This document shows, in pieces, positions 33,255 to 43,024 of a stretch of 49,657 nt of DNA. The translations under genes and the position numbers were made by a program. Each line of letters opens with the position of its first letter. Positions within the stretch are counted from its first letter, which is position 1. Origin of the DNA: Planctomycetaceae bacterium (GTDB taxonomy: Bacteria > Planctomycetota > Planctomycetia > Pirellulales > Pirellulaceae); assembly GCA_002702965.1 (NCBI GenBank), contig PADE01000179.1, positions 1 to 49,657 on the forward strand. Direction: 5' to 3'. The notes under the pieces are model-generated. The model had not been told where the DNA came from. It did not search any database and was given only the letters and a program-made list of their open reading frames with translations.

Positions 33255-34210
33255 GTGTTCGGGGGACTCTCCTCCAAGTGCCGACCGGTCAGTTGGACAA
33301 ACACGTCTTCCAGGCGAGCGTGCCGTGTCGTCAGGCTGGCCAGTTGCCCACCCCGTTGCTCGAGGTGTCCCAGAATTTGGGGAATTACCAGGTGGGGCTC
33401 GGTCACCGTGAGGCGATGACAACCGTCTTCGTACACCGAGCTTGTGACGTGGGCAAACTGCGCCCAGGCGTTTTCTGTCCGGTCCGCGCCGGCGGTTTGT
33501 GGCGCGAGGGTGAACTCGACCACGTGTTCGCCGCCCAGACGGGTGATCAACTCGCGGGGAGATCCAAGCGCGATGATCTCGCCTTGATCGATGATCGCCA
33601 CGCGGTCGCAGAGCTGTTCTGCTTCTTCCATGTAATGCGTCGTCAACAGGACGCTCCGGCCCTGGGCACCGTACTGCCGGATGATTTCCCAAAGCTGTCG
33701 TCGCGACTGTGGGTCGAGTCCCGTCGTCGGTTCGTCGAGGAATAACAACCGCGGATCTCCGACGATCGCCGCGGCAACTGCCAGACGCTGGCGTTGCCCC
33801 CCGGAGAGATCCTTCACCCAGGCGTGTAACTTGTCCTCCAGTCCGACACGTTGGACGGCGTCAGCGACCGCGATACCGCGGCGGTAGAAGCTGCGAAATA
33901 AGGTCAATGTCTCGAGCACGCTCAGTTTGTCTGAAAACCGTGTTTCCTGAAGTGAAATTCCGATCGCCTCGCGAATGGCATCGGGTGATTGTCGCCACTG
34001 CATGCCGAGTATTTCGACTTCTCCGGAGGTCGCTACCAAGAGACCTTCGAGGATTTCGATGGTGGTCGTCTTGCCCGCTCCGTTGGGTCCCAGCACACCG
34101 AAGCACTCGCCTGCAGCGACCGCCATGTCGATACCGCGCACGGCCTCGACGGGGGGGCGGCCGGCGTATGTTTTGACCAACTCTCGGCAGCGAATCGCGA
34201 TGGTCTCCAT
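33251..34210 (-). CDS. ABC transporter ATP-binding protein
   Basis: Walker A GPNGAGKTT, signature LSGGQRQRL, Walker B LLFLDEPTTGLD, H-loop LLTTHYMEEA. Confidence 0.9.
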   Translation of the reverse strand: METIAIRCRELVKTYAGRPPVEAVRGIDMAVAAGECFGVLGPNGAGKTTTIEILEGLLVATSGEVEILGMQWRQSPDAIREAIGISLQETRFSDKLSVLETLTLFRSFYRRGIAVADAVQRVGLEDKLHAWVKDLSGGQRQRLAVAAAIVGDPRLLFLDEPTTGLDPQSRRQLWEIIRQYGAQGRSVLLTTHYMEEAEQLCDRVAIIDQGEIIALGSPRELITRLGGEHVVEFTLAPQTAGADRTENAWAQFAHVTSSVYEDGCHRLTVTEPHLVIPQILGHLEQRGGQLASLTTRHARLEDVFVQLTGRHLEESPPNT

Positions 34211-34360
34211 GACCCCATGATCGAAAAGCGGAGGCGGTCTGCAAGGGGTCCAGGGATCACAACCCGGACTTCGGCCCCGTCGCCGGTGTTCCGCGTTTTC
34301 CGGTCGGGTTAGATTACCCGCATTGAGATGACGTTTTGTTTAGATCTGCGAGAAACGAAC

Positions 34361-35146
34361 ATGGAACTGGGGCTGGAGCAGAAGGTGGTGTTGGTGACCG
34401 GCGGTTCCAAAGGGATCGGCGAAGCGATTGTGCGGTCTTTCCTGAGCGAAGGGGCGTGGGTTGCAAATGTGAATCGTCCCGGCCCGGCCGGTGAGCAACT
34501 CGCCGCGGAGGCGGCCCGTGCCGGGCAGACGTACCGTTTCATCGAGGGTGATCTGACCGAATGGTCGACCTCGCAGCAGGCGATTCAGACCGTAGTCGAT
34601 GCGTGGGGACAGCTCGACGTGCTCGTCAACAACGCCGGGGTGAATGACGGCGTCGGGCTCGAGCAGGGGCCTGAGGCCATGTGGCAGTCGCTGCAGCGCA
34701 ACCTGGTCCACTACTACGCGCTGGCGCATTACGGTGGCGAGGAATTGAAGCGCAGCCGGGGGGCGATCGTCAACATCGGCTCGAAGGTAGCGGTGACTGG
34801 GCAGGGAGGGACTTCGGGCTACGCGGCGGCGAAGGGTGGCATCAATGCCCTGACCCGTGAATGGGCTGTCGATCTGGCTCCGGCGGGAGTGCGCGTCAAC
34901 GCGGTGATTCCCGCAGAAACCTGGACTCCGTTGTACGATAAATGGCTGCAAACCATGGAGGATCCGACCGCCGCTCGGGGAGCAATCGAACGGCTGATCC
35001 CCTTCGGTCAGCGATTTACCACGGCCGCGGAAATTGCGGACATGGTGGTTTTCCTGTCATCTTCGCGATCGTCGCATACGACGGGCCAAATCATCTTCGT
35101 CGACGGCGGTTATACGCACCTCGATCGCAAGTGCACGGCGCATTGA
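34361..35146 (+). CDS. Short-chain dehydrogenase/reductase (SDR)
   Basis: VVLVTGGSKGIGEAI (TGxxxGxG), NNAG, YAAAKGG (YxxxK). ATG at 34361. Confidence 0.85.
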   Translation: MELGLEQKVVLVTGGSKGIGEAIVRSFLSEGAWVANVNRPGPAGEQLAAEAARAGQTYRFIEGDLTEWSTSQQAIQTVVDAWGQLDVLVNNAGVNDGVGLEQGPEAMWQSLQRNLVHYYALAHYGGEELKRSRGAIVNIGSKVAVTGQGGTSGYAAAKGGINALTREWAVDLAPAGVRVNAVIPAETWTPLYDKWLQTMEDPTAARGAIERLIPFGQRFTTAAEIADMVVFLSSSRSSHTTGQIIFVDGGYTHLDRKCTAH

Positions 35147-35162
35147 ACGAGTACGCGGGCTT

Positions 35163-35171
35163 TGCGATAAT
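35163..35171 (+). promoter_or_regulatory. Candidate extended -10 promoter element (TGCGATAAT)
   Basis: A TGn + GATAAT element lies about 80 nt upstream of the ATG at 35252. There is no convincing -35. Confidence 0.25.
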
Positions 35172-35251
35172 CGGGTGGTTTGATGTGGTCGGGCGCGCCG
35201 CGCGGCGCATCTCAGGACCATGAGGATATGCTCTTGTGAGGTGTAAGCTCG

Positions 35252-35812
35252 ATGAGACTCAATAACGATCACGGTTGGCTGTTCGCTGGATGCCTACTGA
35301 TGCTCGCCGCGACCGCGGCCGGCGCTGAACGAGAGGACGCCCCAGCGGGGGCGGACAAGGACAAACAACGGGCCGCCCGATACAAGCAATTTACGGAGTT
35401 GCTACACGGTGTGAAACTGGTTGGGAACTTTACCGTCTTGGGTCGTGATCAGGGCCCGCTGGCCAAGGAAGAGTACACCATTCATAGCGTGAAGAAACTC
35501 GAACAAGGCGACTTGTGGCGGTTCAATACACGGATCAAGTACGGGTCTTTGGATCTGCCGATCGCGTTGAATCTGGATGTTCAATGGGCCGGCGACACGC
35601 CCGTCATCACGCTCACCAATGTCACGATTCCCCTCCTAGGCACATTCAGTTCTCGGGTCCTGATCTACAACCAGAAATACGCGGGTACCTGGACGCATGG
35701 AGAAGTGGGCGGACATCTGTTCGGACAGCTGGTGCGCGTTCCCCCGAAAGGAACTGACAAAAAGAAAGACGCCGAGAAAAAGAAAACCACTCCGAAACCC
35801 CAGGACTCGTAG
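35252..35812 (+). CDS. Secreted hypothetical protein with Lys-rich C-terminal tail
   Basis: Signal peptide WLFAGCLLMLAATAAGA, a beta-rich core, and the tail KGTDKKKDAEKKKTTPKPQDS. ATG at 35252 follows GAGG. Confidence 0.6.
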   Translation: MRLNNDHGWLFAGCLLMLAATAAGAEREDAPAGADKDKQRAARYKQFTELLHGVKLVGNFTVLGRDQGPLAKEEYTIHSVKKLEQGDLWRFNTRIKYGSLDLPIALNLDVQWAGDTPVITLTNVTIPLLGTFSSRVLIYNQKYAGTWTHGEVGGHLFGQLVRVPPKGTDKKKDAEKKKTTPKPQDS

Positions 35813-35833
35813 AGATTGCGCTCTGGGTAGTGC

Positions 35834-35853
35834 ACGACGGTTCGCTGCGTCGT
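35834..35853. terminator. Candidate shared hairpin between convergent genes
   Basis: ACGACG (35834-35839) pairs with CGTCGT (35848-35853) around an 8-nt loop. It fills the 41-nt gap between the stops at 35812 and 35854. There is no U-tract. Confidence 0.25.
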
Positions 35854-36570
35854 TCATCCCGCGGGCCGCAACGCCACCAGTCCGGCCAGCGCGACCGCGG
35901 CGGTTTCAACGCGCAGGATCCGGGGACCGAGATCGACAGCGGCCCAGCCGGTGGCTACTGCCTGGGCCGCTTCGCTGTCGGAGAATCCCCCCTCCGGCCC
36001 AACCAGCAGCCAGGTCGGTAGGCCGGTGGCTGCGTCAATCTGGCCGGCCGATCCGGAACCGTCCTGTCGATGCGCCATCCAGCGGTGTGCTGTGGTGGGT
36101 GCCGCGAGCAGAAACTCTGCGAGTGCGACCCGCGAGCCGATTTCCATCAGACGATTGCGACCACACTGTTTACAGGCCTCGATGACGGTTCTCCGCAGCC
36201 GCTCGCGCGACGTCTTGTTCGGTTGCGGCGCGCTGCGAGAGGTCTCGACAGGTACCAGCCGGGTGATTCCCAGCTCGGTCGCTTTTTCTACCAACCAGCG
36301 CCGCCGCTCCCCTTTGGGGAAGGCGACGCCGACGACGAGTTCGTGTGGCAACTCGCGGTCGACTTTCCGCTCCGCCAGAACGTGGCAATCGACCGTCTTG
36401 CGGTTGGCGCTTTCAATCCGGGCGGAAAACTCGCCGCCCACGCCATCGAACAGCACGATTTGATCTCCCACGGCGGCGCGCATTACATGGAGTAGGTGAT
36501 GGGCTTCCGCGCCGGCCAATTGTAGCGGTCCGGTTTTGAGCGGGGACGACGAAAAATAGCGAGGGCTCAT
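35854..36570 (-). CDS. rsmE: 16S rRNA (uracil1498-N3)-methyltransferase RsmE
   Basis: 238 aa. N-terminal PUA-like MSPRYFSS..LAGAEAHHLLHVMR and C-terminal SPOUT motif LLVGPEGGFSDSE. Confidence 0.85.
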   Translation of the reverse strand: MSPRYFSSSPLKTGPLQLAGAEAHHLLHVMRAAVGDQIVLFDGVGGEFSARIESANRKTVDCHVLAERKVDRELPHELVVGVAFPKGERRRWLVEKATELGITRLVPVETSRSAPQPNKTSRERLRRTVIEACKQCGRNRLMEIGSRVALAEFLLAAPTTAHRWMAHRQDGSGSAGQIDAATGLPTWLLVGPEGGFSDSEAAQAVATGWAAVDLGPRILRVETAAVALAGLVALRPAG

Positions 36571-36659
36571 ATGCGATTCTCGGGAGCGGCTGTAGAAATC
36601 ACGCGTACGCGACTACAATAACGGCTGTTGGATTTCGATGGGCTGGAGCACTTCTGTAG

Positions 36660-37871
36660 ATGAGAGATCGACCAACGACGCCGCGCTGCGGGACCTACTG
36701 TCTCATCGCGCTCTGTCTTGTCGCTACCCTACCCGGCGGACCGCTCAAGAGCGAGAACCGGCTGGGGTTACTTGACGCGCGCCCAGAGAAGACGCGATCG
36801 GTCGAGACCGTGGCTGGATTCATGGTGCCCTATAGCCAGCGGATTCCAGGCACCGAGGTCTCTTTTCGGATGGTCCCGATTCCCGGTGGCAAAATCAAGA
36901 TTGGCAGCCCCGCCACGGAGTCTGGGCGGAAGCCCGATGAAGGTCCACAATTCGAAGTAACCGTGGCACCTTTTTGGATGGCGCAGTGCGAGGTGAGCTG
37001 GGCAGAGTACAAGGAGTACATGAAACTCTACGGGATTTTCAAGGAATTCGATTCCCGTCAGCTGCGCACCGTGACGCCCGTCAATCGCGCCGATGCTGTC
37101 ACCGCTCCGACCGAGCTCTACGACCCCAGTTTTACCTTTGCCTACGGTGAGGATTTACGGCAGCCGGCGGTCACGATGACGCACTTTGCGGCCCGTCAAT
37201 ACACCAAATGGATGAGCGCGGTAACCTCGTACCAGTACCGTTTGCCCTGTAACGCAGAGTGGGAGTACGCCTGCCGGGCGGGGGCCGCAACGCCCTATCA
37301 TTTTGGCGCCGCAGAGGATCATCTCGGTGAATACGCCTGGTACTTCGACAACGCGGATGACCACCCGCAGCACGTGGGTTTGAAGAAACCCAATCGCTGG
37401 GGTTTACACGATATGCATGGGAATGTCTGGGAGTGGGTCATCGATGAGTTTCTGACGGACGGTTATCGGCGTTTTGGTGGCAAGTCGCTTACCGTTGCAG
37501 ATTCGATTGTCTGGCCGGCACGGGCCTACCCGCTGGTGGTTCGCGGCGGTTCGTGGGAAGAGGATCCGCCCGCTTGCCGATCGGCGTCGCGACTGGGCTC
37601 CCACGACGTCGACTGGAAGCAGGAGGATCCCAATCTTCCCCTCAGCCCCTGGTGGTTTACGAGCGACCCGTCACGAGGGGTGGGATTTCGGGTGGTGCGA
37701 TCACTCGCGGACTTGCCTCGCCCGACGATGGTCCGTTACTGGGATGCGCGCGTCCAAGATGTCAAGGACGACGTTCAGAACCGTCTGGACGAGGGCCGTG
37801 GCGCGCTGGGACTCGTCGATCCGGCGCTGCCCGCTGCGATTCGCAGTCTCACTCCGCCGGGCGGGAAGTAA
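36660..37871 (+). CDS. Formylglycine-generating-enzyme (FGE-sulfatase/SUMF1) domain protein
   Basis: N-terminal anchor, then EWEYACRAG, GLHDMHGNVWEWV and VVRGGSW blocks typical of the FGE-sulfatase fold. Confidence 0.85.
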   Translation: MRDRPTTPRCGTYCLIALCLVATLPGGPLKSENRLGLLDARPEKTRSVETVAGFMVPYSQRIPGTEVSFRMVPIPGGKIKIGSPATESGRKPDEGPQFEVTVAPFWMAQCEVSWAEYKEYMKLYGIFKEFDSRQLRTVTPVNRADAVTAPTELYDPSFTFAYGEDLRQPAVTMTHFAARQYTKWMSAVTSYQYRLPCNAEWEYACRAGAATPYHFGAAEDHLGEYAWYFDNADDHPQHVGLKKPNRWGLHDMHGNVWEWVIDEFLTDGYRRFGGKSLTVADSIVWPARAYPLVVRGGSWEEDPPACRSASRLGSHDVDWKQEDPNLPLSPWWFTSDPSRGVGFRVVRSLADLPRPTMVRYWDARVQDVKDDVQNRLDEGRGALGLVDPALPAAIRSLTPPGGK

Positions 37872-37877
37872 ACCACC

Positions 37878-38747
37878 CTAGCCGGCTTCTGGTTGTTCAC
37901 GGATCACGCGCCTCGTCGACTCCCAGGCAGCCGCCAAGTCGCCGGCGGTCAGCAAGACGCAACCGTGAACCGTTTTTGCTTCGCCCGGTTCGATTGTCCC
38001 CAAGTACGGGTTGGCGTGAACGCATGAAAACGTACGTTTGAGATTCGCTTGAAGATGGTGGGTCGGCTTCCAAGTGGTGGTCAGCACGGTCGACCGATCG
38101 CGACTGACGACCCCAATCACGCCGTCGTCGCTCGGTTGTTTCGTGAATCCCCACTTCTTCTGATGGCGCTCGGTCCGCTCGATCTGACGTTGTCCGCGTA
38201 CCAGACTCATGCGGAAGATATCCCGACCACCGTTTGTCGCTCGCCCGTGATACGGGAGGAAGTCTCCGTCGCTGCGGTAGAAGGTCCGCCGCCAGTCCGG
38301 ATCTTCGAAGCTGCCGCTGGCGCGCAGCAGCAGGCACACCGGGCAGACCACATGGGGCCATGTTCGGCGACTTTGATTACCGACCGTCAGCGCTGCCAGC
38401 CAACCGTTTGTGATTTGCCGGACGGAGACCCGCAGCGTCAGCTGGCCGTCGGGATTGAGATGTTGGTAGCCCCAGTGTGGCGGCTGTGGTTGTTCCCAGC
38501 GCACCGTTCCTTGAGCGCGCAAACTGACGTCGGTATTTCCCAGCAGCACCAGTTCGGGAAGCCACCACTGAGCGAGACCGCGGTCATCCGCGAAGTGGAG
38601 ATCGATGAGCGGTTGCCAGACGCGGGCCCGGCCGGGCGCGATCGGATCGGCGGCCAGCGCCCGCCGTCGGCTGCCGATCCAGCCGGCGCCGACCGCCAGC
38701 GTCGAGGCGTGCTGAACGAATCGACGACGTAGCAAGGGCTTGTTCAT
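37878..38747 (-). CDS. Hypothetical protein with twin-arginine (Tat) signal
   Basis: MNKPLLRRRFVQHASTLAVGAGWIGS matches the RRxFV + hydrophobic Tat pattern. I recognise no domain in the remaining 260 aa. Confidence 0.6.
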   Translation of the reverse strand: MNKPLLRRRFVQHASTLAVGAGWIGSRRRALAADPIAPGRARVWQPLIDLHFADDRGLAQWWLPELVLLGNTDVSLRAQGTVRWEQPQPPHWGYQHLNPDGQLTLRVSVRQITNGWLAALTVGNQSRRTWPHVVCPVCLLLRASGSFEDPDWRRTFYRSDGDFLPYHGRATNGGRDIFRMSLVRGQRQIERTERHQKKWGFTKQPSDDGVIGVVSRDRSTVLTTTWKPTHHLQANLKRTFSCVHANPYLGTIEPGEAKTVHGCVLLTAGDLAAAWESTRRVIREQPEAG

Positions 38748-38797
38748 GGCTCGTGGTTGCTCCCGGGGGATTGGCGAACACTGTGGTTGTAGTCTGG

Positions 38798-38830
38798 CCC
38801 GCTACCGGCGGGGAAGAGGGGCGCCGCCCC
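38798..38830 (-). terminator. Two adjacent GC hairpins after the WD40 gene
   Basis: GGGGCG-C-CGCCCC (38818..38830) and CCCGC-N5-GCGGG (38798..38812) lie 12-44 nt past the stop at 38842. On the minus strand the first hairpin is followed by TCTTCCCC. The U-tract is poor. Confidence 0.3.
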
Positions 38831-38841
38831 GTCCCGATCGA

Positions 38842-40737
38842 TCAGCGAGACCGGTCGGGGTGGGCCAGCCCAGCGGCGGGTTCTCCCAGCTCCTGCAACT
38901 GTGAGATACGCGCGAGCCACTCGTGCTGTTTGAGCCGTCGCGTCCTCCCCGAGCGGTCGTGTGTGAGGCCGGTGAGCGCTTCGATCGACAAACGCAACGA
39001 CTCTGCCGGGGAGTTAGACGCGGTGGGCAGCGGCCACCGCCACGCCTGTTCGTCGACACCGCCGCTGATCACTTCGCCATTTGAGGTGAACGCCACGCTG
39101 ACCAGCTGCGTCGGATGCTGCCAGGGAGCCGCCAACGGCCAGCCTGTTGCGACATCCCAGATTTGGACCGTGTGATCATCGCATCCGACGACCACGGTTT
39201 TGCCATCTGGGCTGATCGCGTGACAGATCAGATAACGGTCGGGCAGTTGTAGGGCGCTCACCAGTCGGCCACTGGAGACGTGGCGCACCAACAGCTGGTG
39301 CGCGCCGGTTTGCTCGAGGGTGATCTGTCCGTCTTGCGAGCCGGTCGCGCGGTACGCGTTGCCATCGGTTCCCAGTGGTGCGCCGAGCGGCCGGTCCGTT
39401 TCGGCCCGCCAGACGCGGGCTGTTCCATCCAAGCTTCCACTCACCGCGACGGCCGCGTTCCCACTGACAGCGATGGCCACGACGGCGTGGTCATGGGGTT
39501 TGGGAACGCCCACGGGCCGCCCGGTCGCGCCTTCCCAGAACCGACAGGTATCGTCTTCACTGGCGGTGACGACCAGGCGGGCGTCGTCACTGATCGCGAC
39601 GGCTAACACGGCGCCCGCATGGCGCAACGCTGGCCCACGTGACTCCGCCTGGGGGACGTTCCACAAGCGGGCCGAGTGATCCCGGCTTCCGGTGACCGCC
39701 GTTTGGCCGTCGCGCGAAAGCGCGACGGCGACCACGTCACCCGCATGGGCGAGGGGGGGCCCCAGGGGTTTTCCGGTCGCAACCGTCCATAAGCGAGCCG
39801 TGTCGTCCAGGCTGCCGGTCAGCGCGATCTGACCGCTCTCGCTGAGTGCCACAGCCACGACCTCGTCGGCGTGTTCCAGAGGGGGTCCCAGCGGCCGACC
39901 TGTGTTGGTGTCCCACAGCCGCGCGACGCGGTCGGCGCCAGCCGTGATCGCGATGGGTCCAGCGGCGCTGATTGCGACGTCCCGGATCTCAGCCGTGTGT
40001 TTCAGCGGGGCTCCCACGGCAACCTGATTGAGCGCGCCCCACAGTTGGGCGACGTTTCCGCTGACGGTTACAACACGACTCCCGTCGTCGCAGATCGCTA
40101 CGGCCTGAACGTCGCCATTGTGTTTGATCGGTTTGCCCCGTGGCGCGCCACGGGTGGTTTCCCAGATACGGGCAAGATTGTCGTCACCGGCGGTGATCGC
40201 AAATCGACCGTCGGCCGACAGCGCAACGCCGACCACATCGTCTTCGTGATACAGAATCTCACCGATCGGTTGTCCACGCTTCAGGTTCCAGCAGCGCGCA
40301 GTGCCGTCGTGACTGGCGGTGATCGCCAGCCTTCCGTCGCCGCTGACGGCGACGGCCACGACCGAATCATCGTGTGGCAGGGGTGCCCCCACGGAACGGC
40401 TCCAGCCGGCGATCAATCGGCGAATCGGCTCGGCCAGCGGATCGCGGTCGTCGATCGCTTCGTGTGCCTCGAGCAACTTCAAGAGGCCGTCGCTGCGGTG
40501 ATGTTGTCCAAAGAGTTGGACCGCCGCCTCGACGTGTGCGGTTGCCAGCTGATGGCGGGCTTGGCGAAGATCGCGTTCGCTGCGGCGCTGTCGGATGAGG
40601 GAGTAACCGGCGATCGCCAGCAGTGCCAACCCGACGACCCCGTATAACACGCCGCGGTGGCGAACGGTTTTCGGCCGGTCCGCGTCGATCGTGTCGGGGT
40701 CCGTGACAGTGGGTGCGGTCAAATCGGCCTCGATCAC
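38842..40737 (-). CDS. Membrane-anchored WD40-repeat protein (about 11 blades)
   Basis: TM segment VLYGVVGLALLAIAGYSLI. Eight regular 42-aa units (H-x-x-V-x-x-VA-S-DG-...-T-S-D-TAR-W), then about three degenerate ones. The start is uncertain. The track start is a TTG at 40860, upstream of the groEL terminator, which I reject. GTG at 40735-40737 is the first start after the terminator. A TTG at 40720-40722 preceded by GAGG is an alternative. Confidence 0.8.
   Translation of the reverse strand: MIEADLTAPTVTDPDTIDADRPKTVRHRGVLYGVVGLALLAIAGYSLIRQRRSERDLRQARHQLATAHVEAAVQLFGQHHRSDGLLKLLEAHEAIDDRDPLAEPIRRLIAGWSRSVGAPLPHDDSVVAVAVSGDGRLAITASHDGTARCWNLKRGQPIGEILYHEDDVVGVALSADGRFAITAGDDNLARIWETTRGAPRGKPIKHNGDVQAVAICDDGSRVVTVSGNVAQLWGALNQVAVGAPLKHTAEIRDVAISAAGPIAITAGADRVARLWDTNTGRPLGPPLEHADEVVAVALSESGQIALTGSLDDTARLWTVATGKPLGPPLAHAGDVVAVALSRDGQTAVTGSRDHSARLWNVPQAESRGPALRHAGAVLAVAISDDARLVVTASEDDTCRFWEGATGRPVGVPKPHDHAVVAIAVSGNAAVAVSGSLDGTARVWRAETDRPLGAPLGTDGNAYRATGSQDGQITLEQTGAHQLLVRHVSSGRLVSALQLPDRYLICHAISPDGKTVVVGCDDHTVQIWDVATGWPLAAPWQHPTQLVSVAFTSNGEVISGGVDEQAWRWPLPTASNSPAESLRLSIEALTGLTHDRSGRTRRLKQHEWLARISQLQELGEPAAGLAHPDRSR
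39376..40383 (-). repeat. Eight tandem 126-nt (42-codon) WD40 coding repeats
   Basis: The conserved His recurs at residues 163, 205, 247, 288, 330, 372, 414 and 456 of the track ORF. Degenerate blades continue to about 39028. Confidence 0.7.
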
Positions 40738-40753
40738 GTTGCCAGAAGGGCGC

Positions 40754-40793
40754 AAAAAAAGACCTGCCGACCAACATACGGGACCGGCAGGTC
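40754..40793 (-). terminator. Canonical Rho-independent terminator downstream of groEL
   Basis: The minus strand reads GACCTGCCG (40793-40785), a 15-nt loop, CGGCAGGTC (40769-40761), then TTTTTTT (40760-40754). This is a perfect 9-bp GC-rich stem plus T7, starting 64 nt after the groEL stop. Confidence 0.85.
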
Positions 40794-40856
40794 TGTGCAA
40801 ACGGGTGCGGGGTTGCGGCGGGCACGTGCGGTGTCGGTGCGCCCGCCGAACGACGC

Positions 40857-42491
<1,635 letters not shown>

Positions 42492-42591
42492 TTAGTTTGT
42501 TTCTCGAGCGATAGACGTCAGGGGAGTTTCCAGCGGTAGGCTCGAGTCTGCTATTCGCGGACTCCCCTGGTCCTCGCGTGATTCGCGTTGT

Positions 42592-42915
42592 CTAGTCGTC
42601 AATCACCGCCAGGATGTCGTCTTCACGCATCAGCAGCAATTCTTGGTCACCCACCTCAAACGTTTCACCCGCGTAACTGCTGAAAATCACGCGCTCGCCG
42701 ACCTTGACTTGCAGTTCGCTGCGAGATCCATCCTCGAGCAGCACACCATCCCCGACGCTGGTAATCACGCCGCGAGCCGGCTTGTCCTGTGCCGAATCGG
42801 GCAGGACAATTCCGCCGGCAGTTGTTTCTTCGGAAGACTCTCTTTGCACCACGACGCGATCCCCCAGCGGTTGCAGTTGGATGCCTGGATTTGTTTTTTT
42901 CTTTGCCGACGCCAT
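42592..42915 (-). CDS. groES: Co-chaperonin GroES (Cpn10)
   Basis: LQPLGDRVVVQRESSEETTAGGIVLPDSAQDKPARGVITSVGDG... ATG at 42913-42915 follows GGAGGTGGAAAGCAG. It has a 12-aa Lys-rich N-terminal extension relative to E. coli GroES. The track start at 43074 is an extension. Confidence 0.9.
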   Translation of the reverse strand: MASAKKKTNPGIQLQPLGDRVVVQRESSEETTAGGIVLPDSAQDKPARGVITSVGDGVLLEDGSRSELQVKVGERVIFSSYAGETFEVGDQELLLMREDDILAVIDD

Positions 42916-42997
42916 CTGCTTTCCACCTCCGGTCCAGTAAATAGGTAAAGCTGATTGTTGTGATGGAACCCGATCGAATAAGTTGAAATCTAGCCGC

Positions 42998-43024
42998 ACA
43001 CGGGGTCGCGCCCGGCGTGTCAAT
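42998..43024 (-). promoter_or_regulatory. Candidate heat-shock-type promoter / imperfect inverted repeat upstream of groES
   Basis: The minus strand reads ATTGACA (43024-43018), 12 nt, then CCCCGTGT (43005-42998). This resembles the E. coli sigma32 pattern CTTGAAA...CCCCATnT, with a slightly short spacer. The same bases form the imperfect inverted repeat ACACG-CC-GGG/CCC-CGTGT. It lies about 83 nt from the ATG. Confidence 0.25.

Noticed and set aside
33255-33692. Upstream extension of the ABC-2 permease ORF (508 aa). Analogous extensions occur at 46154..46534 (dehydratase), 6415..6516 and 21362..21463 (MoxR), and 42916..43074 (GroES).
   Set aside because: The extensions overlap neighbouring genes or promoter regions and have junk composition. 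The internal ATGs have ribosome-binding sites and give family-typical protein lengths.
23909-35812. Possible family relationship between the two small secreted proteins (23909..24325 and 35252..35812), based on G.W..G.W / GTFS-like strings.
   Set aside because: The motif order differs and the similarity is too short to distinguish from chance without a proper alignment.
36660-37871. FGE-sulfatase/C-type-lectin-fold protein considered as a diversity-generating retroelement target.
   Set aside because: No reverse transcriptase gene is present, and I saw no template-repeat or variable-repeat pair anywhere in the window.
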